A DNA stretch of 32,000 nucleotides from Acidothermus cellulolyticus 11B (GCF_000015025.1 NC_008578.1:390001-422000), one strand, 5' to 3'; shown: positions 10,277 through 21,025, counted from the stretch's first letter. Notes: a model not told the origin generated them from the letters alone. Translations and numbers: made by a program.

Positions 10277-11269
10277 ATGAGCGCTCCGACAGGGAATTCT
10301 CCAGAACGACGCGGCAAGGTCGCCGTCATCGGCGCCGGTTTCTACGGCTCCACCACGGCGCAACGGCTCGCCGAGTACGACATCTTTGAGACCGTCGTGC
10401 TCACCGACATCATCGAAGGCCGTCCCGAAGGCTTGGCCCTGGACATCAACCAATCCCGGCCGATCGAGGGTTTCGAAACCAAAGTGATCGGTAAGACCAC
10501 CAGCCCGGACGGCGCAGGGTACGAGGTCATCGCGGACGCGTCCATCGTCATCATCACGGCCGGGGTTCCGCGCAAACCCGGTATGAGCCGCATGGATCTA
10601 CTGGAGACGAACGCGCGGATCGTCCGCGGCGTCGCCGAGAACATTGCGAAGTATGCGCCGTCTGCCGTGGTCATCGTCGTCAGCAATCCCCTGGACGAAA
10701 TGACAGCGCTGACCCAGTTGGTGACCGGTTTTCCCAAGAATCGGGTGATGGGGCAGGCCGGGATGCTCGACACCGCGCGTTTCTCGCATTTTGTCGCCGA
10801 GGAGCTTGGCGTTCCTATCCGCGCGGTGCGCACCCTCACCCTCGGGTCGCACGGCGACACGATGGTGCCGGTGCCGTCGCAGTGCTTTGTCACCATCGAC
10901 GGCGAGCAGCGTCGTCTGGCCGATCTCGTGCCGCCGGAGAAAATCCAGGAACTCGTCGAGCGCACCCGCAACGGCGGCGGCGAAATCGTCGCCTTGCTCA
11001 AGACCGGTTCCGCGTATTTCGCGCCGTCGGCGGCAGCGGCACGGATGGCCCGCGCGGTGGCGGAGGATTCCGGCCAGGTGCTGCCGGTCTGCGCGTGGGT
11101 CGACGGCGAATACGGCATTCACGGGGTGTATCTCGGGGTGGAGGCGGAAATCGGCGCCCAGGGCGTACGACGGGTGGTCACCACCCCCCTGACCGAATCC
11201 GAACTGGCCGCACTCCATGAGGCGGCCCGCGCCGTCGCCGCCAAGCAGGCCGACGTCGCGAATTTGTAA
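10277..11269 (+). CDS. mdh: Malate dehydrogenase (LDH-like family)
   Basis: It has the Rossmann motif [11 protein letters not shown], the loop [16 protein letters not shown], and the catalytic region [11 protein letters not shown]. Confidence 0.92.
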   Translation: MSAPTGNSPERRGKVAVIGAGFYGSTTAQRLAEYDIFETVVLTDIIEGRPEGLALDINQSRPIEGFETKVIGKTTSPDGAGYEVIADASIVIITAGVPRKPGMSRMDLLETNARIVRGVAENIAKYAPSAVVIVVSNPLDEMTALTQLVTGFPKNRVMGQAGMLDTARFSHFVAEELGVPIRAVRTLTLGSHGDTMVPVPSQCFVTIDGEQRRLADLVPPEKIQELVERTRNGGGEIVALLKTGSAYFAPSAAAARMARAVAEDSGQVLPVCAWVDGEYGIHGVYLGVEAEIGAQGVRRVVTTPLTESELAALHEAARAVAAKQADVANL

Positions 11270-11307
11270 GCGCATGGCCCGGGGCGAGGAGATCGACGAG
11301 GAGAACA

Positions 11308-12531
11308 ATGCCGAAGATTAAAGTCGCCAATCCGATCGTCGAACTTGACGGCGATGAGATGACACGGGTCATCTGGCGCATGATCAAAGAGCAGTTGTTG
11401 TTTCCCTATCTCGATATTCCGCTGCTATATTTCGATCTGGGCATTGAGAATCGCGACGCGACCGACGATCAGGTGACCATCGACGCCGCGTACGCCATCA
11501 AGGAGCACGGCGTCGGCGTCAAGTGTGCGACAATCACGCCGGACGAGGCCCGGGTCGCCGAATTCGGGCTGAAAAAGATGTGGAAGTCGCCGAACGGCAC
11601 GATCCGTAACATCCTCGGGGGCGTGATTTTCCGCGAGCCAATCATTATCTCGAACATTCCACGGTTGGTGCCGAGCTGGACGAAGCCGATTGTCATCGGA
11701 CGTCACGCGCACGGCGACCAGTACCGCGCGACCGATTTCGTCGTGCCCGGCCCGGGTCGGGTCACCCTCACCTACACCCCAGCGGACGGCGGTGCCCCGG
11801 TCGAGTTCGAGGTGGCGGAATTCTCCGGCGGTGGCGTCGCTCTCGGCATGTACAACTACGACGAGTCGATCCGCGATTTCGCCCGGGCCTGTTTCCGGTA
11901 CGGCCTCGACCGCGGATATCCCGTCTATCTCTCCACGAAGAACACGATTCTCAAGGCCTACGACGGGCGGTTCAAGGACATTTTCGCCGAGGTCTTCGCC
12001 CAGGAATTCGAGACGGCGTTCAAAGAAGCCGGGCTCAGCTACGAGCATCGGCTGATCGACGACATGGTGGCCAGCGCGCTGAAATGGGAAGGCGGCTACG
12101 TCTGGGCGTGCAAGAACTATGACGGCGACGTGCAATCCGACGCCGTCGCGCAAGGCTTCGGTTCCCTTGGCCTCATGACCTCGGTGCTGATGACGCCGGA
12201 CGGCCGGACGGTCGAGGCGGAGGCGGCGCACGGCACGGTGACCCGTCATTTCCGTCTGCACCAGCAAGGGAAACCGACATCGACCAATCCCATCGCCTCG
12301 ATTTACGCCTGGACCCGCGGTCTGGAGCATCGCGGGAAACTGGACGGCACCCCGGAGGTGGTCCGGTTCGCGCGCACGCTCGAAGAGGTGTGCGTGCGGA
12401 CGGTCGAGAGCGGGAAGATGACCAAGGACCTCGCGATGCTGGTCGGGCCGGAGACCCCGTGGCTCACCACCGAAGAATTCCTCGCTGCCCTTGCGGAGAA
12501 TCTCCAGGCTGCGCTCGCGGCGTCGTCCTGA
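11308..12531 (+). CDS. icd: NADP-dependent isocitrate dehydrogenase, homodimeric subfamily II (Icd1-like)
   Basis: The N-terminus [23 protein letters not shown] and the segments KCATITPDE and NYDGDVQSD are typical of the roughly 405-aa eukaryote-like IDH class. The protein is 407 aa. Confidence 0.95.
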   Translation: MPKIKVANPIVELDGDEMTRVIWRMIKEQLLFPYLDIPLLYFDLGIENRDATDDQVTIDAAYAIKEHGVGVKCATITPDEARVAEFGLKKMWKSPNGTIRNILGGVIFREPIIISNIPRLVPSWTKPIVIGRHAHGDQYRATDFVVPGPGRVTLTYTPADGGAPVEFEVAEFSGGGVALGMYNYDESIRDFARACFRYGLDRGYPVYLSTKNTILKAYDGRFKDIFAEVFAQEFETAFKEAGLSYEHRLIDDMVASALKWEGGYVWACKNYDGDVQSDAVAQGFGSLGLMTSVLMTPDGRTVEAEAAHGTVTRHFRLHQQGKPTSTNPIASIYAWTRGLEHRGKLDGTPEVVRFARTLEEVCVRTVESGKMTKDLAMLVGPETPWLTTEEFLAALAENLQAALAASS

Positions 12532-12545
12532 CGGCTGCGGACGGC

Positions 12546-12565
12546 GCCTGACCGATCGGTCAGGC
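12546..12565 (+). terminator. GC-rich hairpin 15 nt after the icd stop codon; a candidate intrinsic terminator with no U-tract
   Basis: GCCTGACCGATCGGTCAGGC is a perfect 20-nt palindrome, giving an 8-9 bp stem. No T-run follows it, so termination is inferred, not shown. Confidence 0.45.
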
Positions 12566-12735
12566 CGTGCCGGCGTCACGCCGTGCGGTCGCGCGGCGCC
12601 GCTCGGGACCGCGTGAGCCCGCTACGCTAAAGGTCATGGACGACGGCCATAGTCCCGGGCCGCCATCGGGCGGCAGTCAGGGTCCTGCGTCGGCTTGCGG
12701 CGAGGGACCGCCGGCTTCGGCCGGTTACCACGGCG

Positions 12736-15089
<2,354 letters not shown>

Positions 15090-15143
15090 TGTGGTGTTTC
15101 GCGGCATCCCGTGTGCCGTGCGCCGTCTGCGTGGCCCGCGACG

Positions 15144-15674
15144 ATGACCGAACGGGTTATCGGTGTCGCTATCGGAATACCAGAGCCGACGGCGGGCGAA
15201 CTGCGCAAGTGGCGGGAGGCGTTCGGTGACCCGCTGGCAACGGCGGTGCCGCCGCACATCACGTTGGTGCCGCCGACCGTGGTGGCTGATGAGGACCTGC
15301 CGGCGATTGAGCAACATCTCGCCGAGGTGGCCGGCCGCCATGCCCGCTTCGACATCCAGCTGCGCGGCACCGGAAGCTTCCGTCCGGTGTCACCGGTCAT
15401 TTTCGTCGCGCTGGCCACCGGAATCAGCAACTGCGAGCGCCTCGAGGCGGATTTGCGGAGCGGCCCGCTGCAGCGGCCGCTCAAGTTCTACTACCACCCG
15501 CATGTGACCGTCGCCCATGACCTCGACGACGAGACGCTCGATCGCGCCTTCGCCGAGCTTGCCGATTATCGGGCGTCTTTTACCGTCACCAGTTTTGGCT
15601 TGTTCGAGCAGGACGGCTCCGGTGTCTGGCATCCGCAGCGGGATTTTCCGCTCACCGGCGGTCAACCGGCGTAG
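15144..15674 (+). CDS. 2H phosphoesterase superfamily protein (LigT / 2'-5' RNA ligase-like)
   Basis: It has two HxT motifs (PPHITLVP and HPHVTVAH) at the spacing typical of the 2H fold. ATG 15144 is preferred over the track start at 15111. Confidence 0.8.
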   Translation: MTERVIGVAIGIPEPTAGELRKWREAFGDPLATAVPPHITLVPPTVVADEDLPAIEQHLAEVAGRHARFDIQLRGTGSFRPVSPVIFVALATGISNCERLEADLRSGPLQRPLKFYYHPHVTVAHDLDDETLDRAFAELADYRASFTVTSFGLFEQDGSGVWHPQRDFPLTGGQPA

Positions 15675-15800
15675 GGCGGACGGCGCACCCGCGTTGGTTC
15701 GCCGGACGCCGGGCGTTACCCGAACGCCAGGCCTCGACAAGCGGTCAGGGCACCGACGGCCGCCGGCGGGTCGTGGGATGGCCGGCGTGTCGCCGGACGG

Positions 15801-16007
15801 TCAGCTCGACAGCGGGCGGACGGCGTCGGCCTGGGGACCCTTCTGTCCTTGGACAATCTCGAACTCGACCCGCTGATTCTGGTCAAGCGTCTTGTACCCC
15901 TCCATTTGGATGGCCGTGTAATGGACGAAGACGTCTTGACCGCCGTCCACCGCGATGAAGCCGAAACCCTTCTCGGCGTTGAACCACTTCACGGTGCCTT
16001 GTGCCAC
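15801..16007 (-). CDS. cspA: Cold-shock protein, CspA family
   Basis: It begins (V)[32 protein letters not shown], which carries the RNP1 (KGFGFI) and RNP2 (VFVHY) motifs. GTG 16005-16007 is preceded by AAGGAG (complement of 16014-19). That start gives 68 codons including the initiator, whereas the track ORF is extended to 92 aa. Confidence 0.93.
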   Translation of the reverse strand: MAQGTVKWFNAEKGFGFIAVDGGQDVFVHYTAIQMEGYKTLDQNQRVEFEIVQGQKGPQADAVRPLSS

Positions 16008-16275
16008 GGTGTACTCCTTATTGCTGGCCGGCGCCCGCCGGATTTTCTGACGCGTGTCGTTCACCGCGGTGAACCACACGGCGGAAAACTACCCTGCGTG
16101 ATCGCACGATGGAAGGTCTTCCGGGAAATTGCCGACGAAATGCCGGTGATACGCCGTATTTCTGTCCGTTCGACTGGGTTGTCCACTCTGGAGCAGGACG
16201 GATCACGGGGCCGGCGGGTGGCCAGCCGGTTCGACGGCGCGGGACGGACCGTGACCGCGTGGATGTCGTTCCGGG
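16008..16275 (-). promoter_or_regulatory. Promoter and long structured 5' leader of the cold-shock gene
   Basis: A 268-nt spacer separates the dacB stop codon from the csp start. On the minus strand it holds a 12-bp stem with one mismatch and a CGCG loop (16053-16080). A second 5-bp GC hairpin (about 16029-16042) lies just upstream of the Shine-Dalgarno sequence. I could not fix the transcription start. Confidence 0.4.
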
Positions 16276-17535
16276 TTACCGGCGGCCGGACGTGTCGTCC
16301 ACGCGGGCGAGGCGGGACAGTCCTTCGAGGTACCGCGAATCGGTGACGACCCGGCCGCGGGTTCTGGTGCGCCCACGACGCAGCTGCCGCCGCCGGATCG
16401 CTGCGGCCCGAGCCGTCGCCCCGATGAAGATCGATCCACCGACGGCGACCGCCAACCCCGTTGCGAGGTCGCTTGCTCCCCGGTGGCGGGAAGACATCGA
16501 CGGCCGGGCGGCGGCTGCGACGTGCGATGTGCCGGCCGGCAGCGAGGGTGCGGGCGCCTCCGCCGACGGCGATTTCAGGGGTCCCGGCGGCACGAGGGTT
16601 CCGATCGGGGTCGCCGTGCCGTCGACGGCGAAACCCCAGTCGAAGAGTCCCTTGACTTCGTCCCAGAAATTGGGCTGGTCCCGCATCACCGCGACGATGA
16701 TCGTGTGACCGTTCCGCCTGGCCGCACCGACGTAGCTCGCCTGCGCCGCCACCGTGTATCCGTTCTTGCCGCCGATCATTCCGGGATAGGTGAGCAGCAG
16801 CCGGTCGTGCGTCTGAATTTGGTAGGACGCGCCTTTCGGCGCCGGGAATTGCATTCGCGTGATCGACAGGTAGGTGCGGAACGCGGGTATCGCCAACCCC
16901 GCCCGGAACATCAACGCGAGGTCATATGCCGACGACGCTTGGTTGGGAGCATCCAAGCCGTCGGGTGTTTTCGCCACCGTGTCCCGGGCATTCAGCCAGG
17001 CGGCTTCGGCGTTCATCTCGGCGAGGGTCTGCTCCAGACCGCCGTTGGCGTCCGCGAGGGCGACCGCCGCGTCGTTGGCGGACATCATCAGCATCGCCGT
17101 CAGCAGGTCGCGGACGCTGTAGGTCTGCCCGGCGACCACCCCGACCTTCGTGCCGTCCACCCGGACGGCGTCCGGCTGAACGACGACACCGGCGGCAGGG
17201 TCGAGGCGGGGGATCAGGGTGATCGCGGTGAGCACCTTGAGGGTGCTCGCCGGGGCGAGCTGGCGGTGGGCGTCCTTTGCGGCGAGGACCTCCCCGGTGT
17301 CGGCGTCCGCCACGATGAACGATGTCGCGGTCGTCGGCGGGAGAGGCGGCAGGTTCTCGCCGGTGCTGGTGACAACGCCGTGGACGCCGAGCAGCGGCCC
17401 GCCGAGCGGCGTACCTGCCGTGTCAGCCCGGGCACGCCGCACCGTGCCGGCACCAACGACGAGTGCGGCCTGCGCAAGAACGGCGATGACGAGGACGGCG
17501 TACCCGCCCGCGCGGCGCCAAGGGATGGCTGGCAT
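16276..17535 (-). CDS. dacB: D-alanyl-D-alanine carboxypeptidase (peptidase S11, low-molecular-weight PBP)
   Basis: It has SxxK (ASTLK), SxN (SAN) and a K(T/N)G-type motif (GKNGYT). There is an N-terminal signal/anchor MPAIPWRRAGGYAVLVIAVLAQAALVV and a C-terminal anchor helix. ATG 17535 is chosen because the track ORF extension to 17889 crosses the intergenic repeats and the lpdA-like 5' end. Confidence 0.88.
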   Translation of the reverse strand: MPAIPWRRAGGYAVLVIAVLAQAALVVGAGTVRRARADTAGTPLGGPLLGVHGVVTSTGENLPPLPPTTATSFIVADADTGEVLAAKDAHRQLAPASTLKVLTAITLIPRLDPAAGVVVQPDAVRVDGTKVGVVAGQTYSVRDLLTAMLMMSANDAAVALADANGGLEQTLAEMNAEAAWLNARDTVAKTPDGLDAPNQASSAYDLALMFRAGLAIPAFRTYLSITRMQFPAPKGASYQIQTHDRLLLTYPGMIGGKNGYTVAAQASYVGAARRNGHTIIVAVMRDQPNFWDEVKGLFDWGFAVDGTATPIGTLVPPGPLKSPSAEAPAPSLPAGTSHVAAAARPSMSSRHRGASDLATGLAVAVGGSIFIGATARAAAIRRRQLRRGRTRTRGRVVTDSRYLEGLSRLARVDDTSGRR

Positions 17536-17614
17536 GTGCGGCTTAGGGTAGCGAACGCAGCTGGGCCCGCCTCGGGGTGACGAACAGGTGTCGGCAAACC
17601 GCCGATGAGCGCGC

Positions 17615-17710
17615 GCATCCCACCCGACCCCGCACCCTGCCCGCGCGTCCCACCGGGCACTACGCCCACGCATCCGACCCCGCACCCTGCCCGCGCGTCC
17701 CACCCGGCAC
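17615..17710. repeat. Two copies of a C-rich direct repeat with a 50-bp period
   Basis: A 31-nt core, CCGACCCCGCACCCTGCCCGCGCGTCCCACC, is identical at 17624-17654 and 17674-17704. The flanking GCATCC and GGCAC are also shared, with small indels. Confidence 0.9.
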
Positions 17711-17733
17711 CTTGGGCGCGGTTCCGGTAGGAA

Positions 17734-17748
17734 ACAATCGCCGATTGT
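17734..17748. promoter_or_regulatory. 7-1-7 perfect inverted repeat overlapping the lpdA-like start codon; a candidate operator
   Basis: The sequence is ACAATCG-C-CGATTGT. The 3' arm overlaps GTG 17747. A 1-nt loop rules out an RNA hairpin, so a dimeric protein-binding site is the more natural reading. Confidence 0.3.
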
Positions 17749-19138
17749 GACCCGGGTCGTGATTATCGGCGGTGGTCCCGGTGGGTACGAGGCCGCCCTG
17801 GTTGCCGCCCAGCTCGGCGCGACGGTCACTGTCGTCGAGCGTTCGGGACTCGGCGGCGCGTGCGTGCTGACCGATTGCGTACCGTCCAAGACCCTGATCG
17901 CAGCAGCCGAGCAGGTGAGCGGCGTCGAACGGACCGGCGCCGAGGAGTGGACGACCTGTCGTTACGGCGCCCCGGACTTCGCCGTGCTCAATCAGCGGAT
18001 TCGCGACCTGGCCCGCGCGCAGTCGCGGGACATTGCCGAGCGGCTGGCGGGTGAAGGCGTTGACGTCATCACCGGCACGGGCCGGCTGGTAGCCGAGGTA
18101 GGACGCGGCCACCGTGTCGCCGTGCGGCATGGCACCGGCGAGTCAGTGCTGGAGGCGGATGTCGTTCTGCTGGCGACGGGCGCCCGGCCGCGGCAACTCC
18201 CCGCTGCAGTCGTCGACGGCGAGCGGATTCTCACCTGGCATCAGCTCTACGACCTCCAGGCGGTGCCGGAACACCTCATCGTCGTCGGCTCTGGTGTGAC
18301 CGGCGCGGAGTTCGCCGGCGCCTACCTTGCGCTCGGGGCGTCGGTGACGCTGGTCTCGTCCCGGGATCGTGTCCTGCCCAATGAGGATCCCGACGCGGCG
18401 GCCGTTGTTGAGGACGTTTTTCGCCGCCGGGGCATGGTGGTCGCCAACCGGTCACGTGCCGCGTCGGTGCATCGGACGAACGACGGCGTACTCGTGACGT
18501 TGACCGACGGTCGGCGGATCGAGGGAAGCCACTGCCTGCTGGCTGTCGGTTCGGTGCCGAATACCGAGGATCTCGGGCTTAGCGAGGTCGGTGTCGCGAC
18601 GACGTCCGCCGGATTCGTCCAGGTGGACCGCGTCTCCCGTACGACCGTGCCGGGAATTTACGCGGCCGGGGACTGCACGGGAGTGTTGATGCTTGCTTCC
18701 GTTGCGGCGATGCAAGGGCGAATCGCGATGTGGCATGCGCTGGGCGAATCGGTCCGGCCGTTGCGGACGTCGACGGTGGCCGCGACGGTTTTCACTGCGC
18801 CGGAAATTGCCAGCGTTGGGGTGACGGCGCAGGCGGTTGCGTCGGGCGCGGTCGATGGACGGGCGGTGACGGTGCCGCTTGCCCGGAATCCGCGGGCCAA
18901 AATGTCCGGTATCGTCGATGGTTTCGTGAAACTCTTCGCACGCAAGGTCACCGGGGTCGTGCTCGGCGGAGTGGTGGTCGCTCCGAAGGCAAGCGAACTC
19001 ATTCTGCCGGTATCCATGGCCGTTTCGGTGGGTCTTACCGTCGATGAGCTGGCGCAGACGTTCTCGGTTTATCCGTCCCTCTCCGGCAGCATCACCGAAG
19101 CCGGCCGGGCGTTGATGAACGCCATCTGGGACGACTGA
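17747..19138 (+). CDS. lpdA: Flavoprotein disulfide reductase family, LpdA-like NAD(P)H dehydrogenase
   Basis: It has the FAD motif VVIIGGGPGGYEAA, the pair GGACVLTDCVPSK (CxxxxC), and the NAD motif LIVVGSGVTGAEFA. The C-terminal region VYPSLSGSITEA replaces the canonical HxHPTLSE. Confidence 0.88.
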   Translation: MTRVVIIGGGPGGYEAALVAAQLGATVTVVERSGLGGACVLTDCVPSKTLIAAAEQVSGVERTGAEEWTTCRYGAPDFAVLNQRIRDLARAQSRDIAERLAGEGVDVITGTGRLVAEVGRGHRVAVRHGTGESVLEADVVLLATGARPRQLPAAVVDGERILTWHQLYDLQAVPEHLIVVGSGVTGAEFAGAYLALGASVTLVSSRDRVLPNEDPDAAAVVEDVFRRRGMVVANRSRAASVHRTNDGVLVTLTDGRRIEGSHCLLAVGSVPNTEDLGLSEVGVATTSAGFVQVDRVSRTTVPGIYAAGDCTGVLMLASVAAMQGRIAMWHALGESVRPLRTSTVAATVFTAPEIASVGVTAQAVASGAVDGRAVTVPLARNPRAKMSGIVDGFVKLFARKVTGVVLGGVVVAPKASELILPVSMAVSVGLTVDELAQTFSVYPSLSGSITEAGRALMNAIWDD

Positions 19139-19147
19139 CCCGGGACA

Positions 19148-19224
19148 CTGCCTGGTCGCGGCCGTGCCCGGGGCGCTGCCTGGTCGGGGCCGTGCCCGGG
19201 GCGCTGCGGGTCAATCCTGGGGCG
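19148..19224. repeat. 28-bp tandem repeat: two near-perfect copies plus a degenerate third
   Basis: CTGCCTGGTCGCGGCCGTGCCCGGGGCG (19148-19175) and CTGCCTGGTCGGGGCCGTGCCCGGGGCG (19176-19203) differ at one position. A degenerate copy, CTGCGGGTCAATCCTGGGGCG, follows at 19204-19224. Confidence 0.9.
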
Positions 19225-19254
19225 CTCCCGGCCGGTCCTGGCGGACGCGTCGCG

Positions 19255-20565
19255 CTAGCGCTGCCGGTCAATCCCGGCCGTGATGACCGTGCCGGGCTGA
19301 TGACCGGGAGGTGTCTTCTCCTTCGGTTCTTGCTGTATCGGCACGGTCGTTTCCTGGGATGGTGGTCCGGCGGACGGCGTCGGGGCGGGAGGTGACGCGC
19401 TGACAACGGCCGACGGGGTCGGTTGCGGTGCGTGACGTGGGGCACTCGGTGCGCTGGTGGTGAGCGCAAGGGACAGAGCTGCGAGGACGGCGAGCACCGC
19501 CGCGCCGATGACCGCGAGAACGACGCGGCGCCACCGTGCCGCCGTTGGGTGGGTCGCAACCGGGGGTGCGGCGTCGGCGGAATTGCTGCCGGCGGGCAGG
19601 AGAGCGGTATCCGCCGGACCATGCGGACGGGCCGGAAGGGGTCGTGTCTCGGCCTCCGCGCGCGCAGCCTCCGGGCTGGGGACAGTGAGCGCGACCGCCG
19701 GCCGGCCCAGCCACCTGCGGAGGAAGCGGGCGACCTGGACCGCGGATGGTCGTGCCGCCGGATCGGTCGCGGTCATCGCGGCGAGCATCGGCCGCAGCCC
19801 CGGGGGTGTGCCGACGTCGATCCGCGGCGGACGGGTCAACCGGGCCACCGCGGCTTCCACCGGCGTCCCGTCATACTCCCGCCGTCCAGTGAGGCATTCG
19901 AGAATCACCAACCCGAGCGCGTACACATCGGCGGCCGGACCGACCGCGCCGCCACGAACCTGCTCAGGCGCCAGATAACTCGCCGTGCCGATCGTCTGAC
20001 CGGTCGCAGTCAGCCGGGTTGCATCGGCAAATCGGGCAATGCCGAAGTCGGTGAGGTAGGCGTAGTCCGCGGCGTCGAGCAGAATGTTCGCCGGCTTGAC
20101 GTCGCGGTGCACGATGCCTCTGCTGTGCAAATAAGCCAGGGCGTCGGCTGCCTGGGCCGCAATGGCGGCGGTGCGGGTGACGTCCAGCGGCCCGTGGGTG
20201 AGCACTTCCGCGAGGGATTGACCGTCGATCCATCGCAGGACGAGATATGTCGTGTGGTCGCGGAATCCGGCGTCGAGCAGGTCGACGATGTGTGGATGGT
20301 CGAGCTGCGCCAGGACCCGCATTTCCTGCCGGAGACGCTCCGCCGCTGAGGCTGTCGTGGTGTCGCGGCGCAGCACCTTGACGGCGACCACGCGATCGAG
20401 CCGCCGATCGTAGGCGGCATAAACCTCCCCCATGGACCCGTGGCCGACCAGCGTGCGCAACTCGTAGCGATCTGCCAGAACGACAAGTTCTACGGCCAGA
20501 AGCCGATCACCTCCCATGGGTGGTGACCCCGTGACCGTCGGCCGGGGAGTCGGACGGGTGGACAC
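19255..20565 (-). CDS. Hanks-type serine/threonine protein kinase with one transmembrane helix and a short Pro-rich extracellular tail
   Basis: Kinase motifs present are GHGSMGEVY, VAVKVL, HRDVKPANILL, DFGIAR and SYLAPEQ. A transmembrane helix (VVLAVIGAAVLAVLAALSLAL) is followed by a Pro/Ser/Ala-rich tail of about 68 aa. The start is uncertain: GTG 20565 or ATG 20517. Confidence 0.9.
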   Translation of the reverse strand: MSTRPTPRPTVTGSPPMGGDRLLAVELVVLADRYELRTLVGHGSMGEVYAAYDRRLDRVVAVKVLRRDTTTASAAERLRQEMRVLAQLDHPHIVDLLDAGFRDHTTYLVLRWIDGQSLAEVLTHGPLDVTRTAAIAAQAADALAYLHSRGIVHRDVKPANILLDAADYAYLTDFGIARFADATRLTATGQTIGTASYLAPEQVRGGAVGPAADVYALGLVILECLTGRREYDGTPVEAAVARLTRPPRIDVGTPPGLRPMLAAMTATDPAARPSAVQVARFLRRWLGRPAVALTVPSPEAARAEAETRPLPARPHGPADTALLPAGSNSADAAPPVATHPTAARWRRVVLAVIGAAVLAVLAALSLALTTSAPSAPRHAPQPTPSAVVSASPPAPTPSAGPPSQETTVPIQQEPKEKTPPGHQPGTVITAGIDRQR

Positions 20566-20677
20566 GCCGAGTGGCAGCCGGGCTCACTGTGGTCGGCCGC
20601 CGCGCACAGGGCGGCTTATTCCCGCTGCCCGGGATTTCCAAGCAGGCCGCGGCGGTGCTCTCCCTCTCGTGACTCCC

Positions 20678-21025
20678 TCATCGTGCGTCGGTTGGACCCC
20701 CGAGATCAGGATCCTCGGGTACGGGTAGCTGGTGCTGGCGCAGCCGGGCGGCGCGCAGACTGTCGCCGTACATGGCAACAAGAGCGAGTCCGAGTCCGAA
20801 CACCAGCCTGGCGATCAGGCCGCGCAACCCCCATGAACCGGGCAGTGCCAGGAAAACCGCGGCGATAGGGGTGAGGATCACGCACTGGCGGACAAGCATC
20901 CGGATCCGCCAGCCGGCATCGATGAGATCATGCTTGACCCACTCCCGATTCTCCGGCGGCAGCCGAAATCCCAGCGCGTAGCCCAGCCAGCGCAGGGTTG
21001 ACGGATCACCGGTCCGGCGTGCCAT
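20678..21025 (-). CDS. Small membrane protein, DUF5313-like
   Basis: The N-terminus LRWLGYALGFRLPPENREWVKHDL is followed by two hydrophobic helices. This matches my recollection of the DUF5313 pattern. The function is unknown. Confidence 0.6.
   Translation of the reverse strand: MARRTGDPSTLRWLGYALGFRLPPENREWVKHDLIDAGWRIRMLVRQCVILTPIAAVFLALPGSWGLRGLIARLVFGLGLALVAMYGDSLRAARLRQHQLPVPEDPDLGGPTDAR

Noticed and set aside
7730-10453. A 907-aa stop-free ORF on the minus strand that spans purH, folD, the DUF3017 gene and the start of mdh, including three intergenic spacers
   Set aside because: Its translation is Arg/Gly/Pro/Ala-rich low complexity with no recognisable motif. It lies antisense to four genes that have unmistakable family signatures. 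Long open antisense frames are expected when third-position GC is very high. The same reasoning applies to the antisense ORFs at 3073-4872, 12634-13917, 16483-17580, 21675-22712, 25633-26643, 25857-27272, 27634-28713 and 31149-32000.
12566-12735. A possible Mg2+ (M-box) riboswitch or small ORF in the 170-nt leader of the CorC/CNNM-type gene. CTACGCTAAAGG resembles part of the M-box 3' region. A 42-65 aa ORF (12567-12764) is also open.
   Set aside because: The 5' half of the M-box (the GUUAGGUGAGGC-type core) is missing, and there is not enough room after the icd terminator hairpin. The ORF is Gly/Pro/Ser low complexity with no convincing ribosome-binding site.
15780-15798. A hairpin, CCGGCG-TGT-CGCCGG, directly after the csp stop codon (minus strand), considered as a terminator
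   Set aside because: It has only a 6-bp stem with a 3-nt loop and no U-tract. It is plausible but too weak to list as a feature. Several similar GC palindromes occur by chance in this composition.
17536-17889. An N-terminal extension of the carboxypeptidase ORF (537 aa in the track)
   Set aside because: The extension reads through the C-rich tandem repeats and into the 5' coding region of the lpdA-like gene on the other strand. It is Arg/Gly-rich. The internal ATG at 17535 gives a normal signal/anchor sequence, MPAIPWRRAGGYAVLVIAVL.
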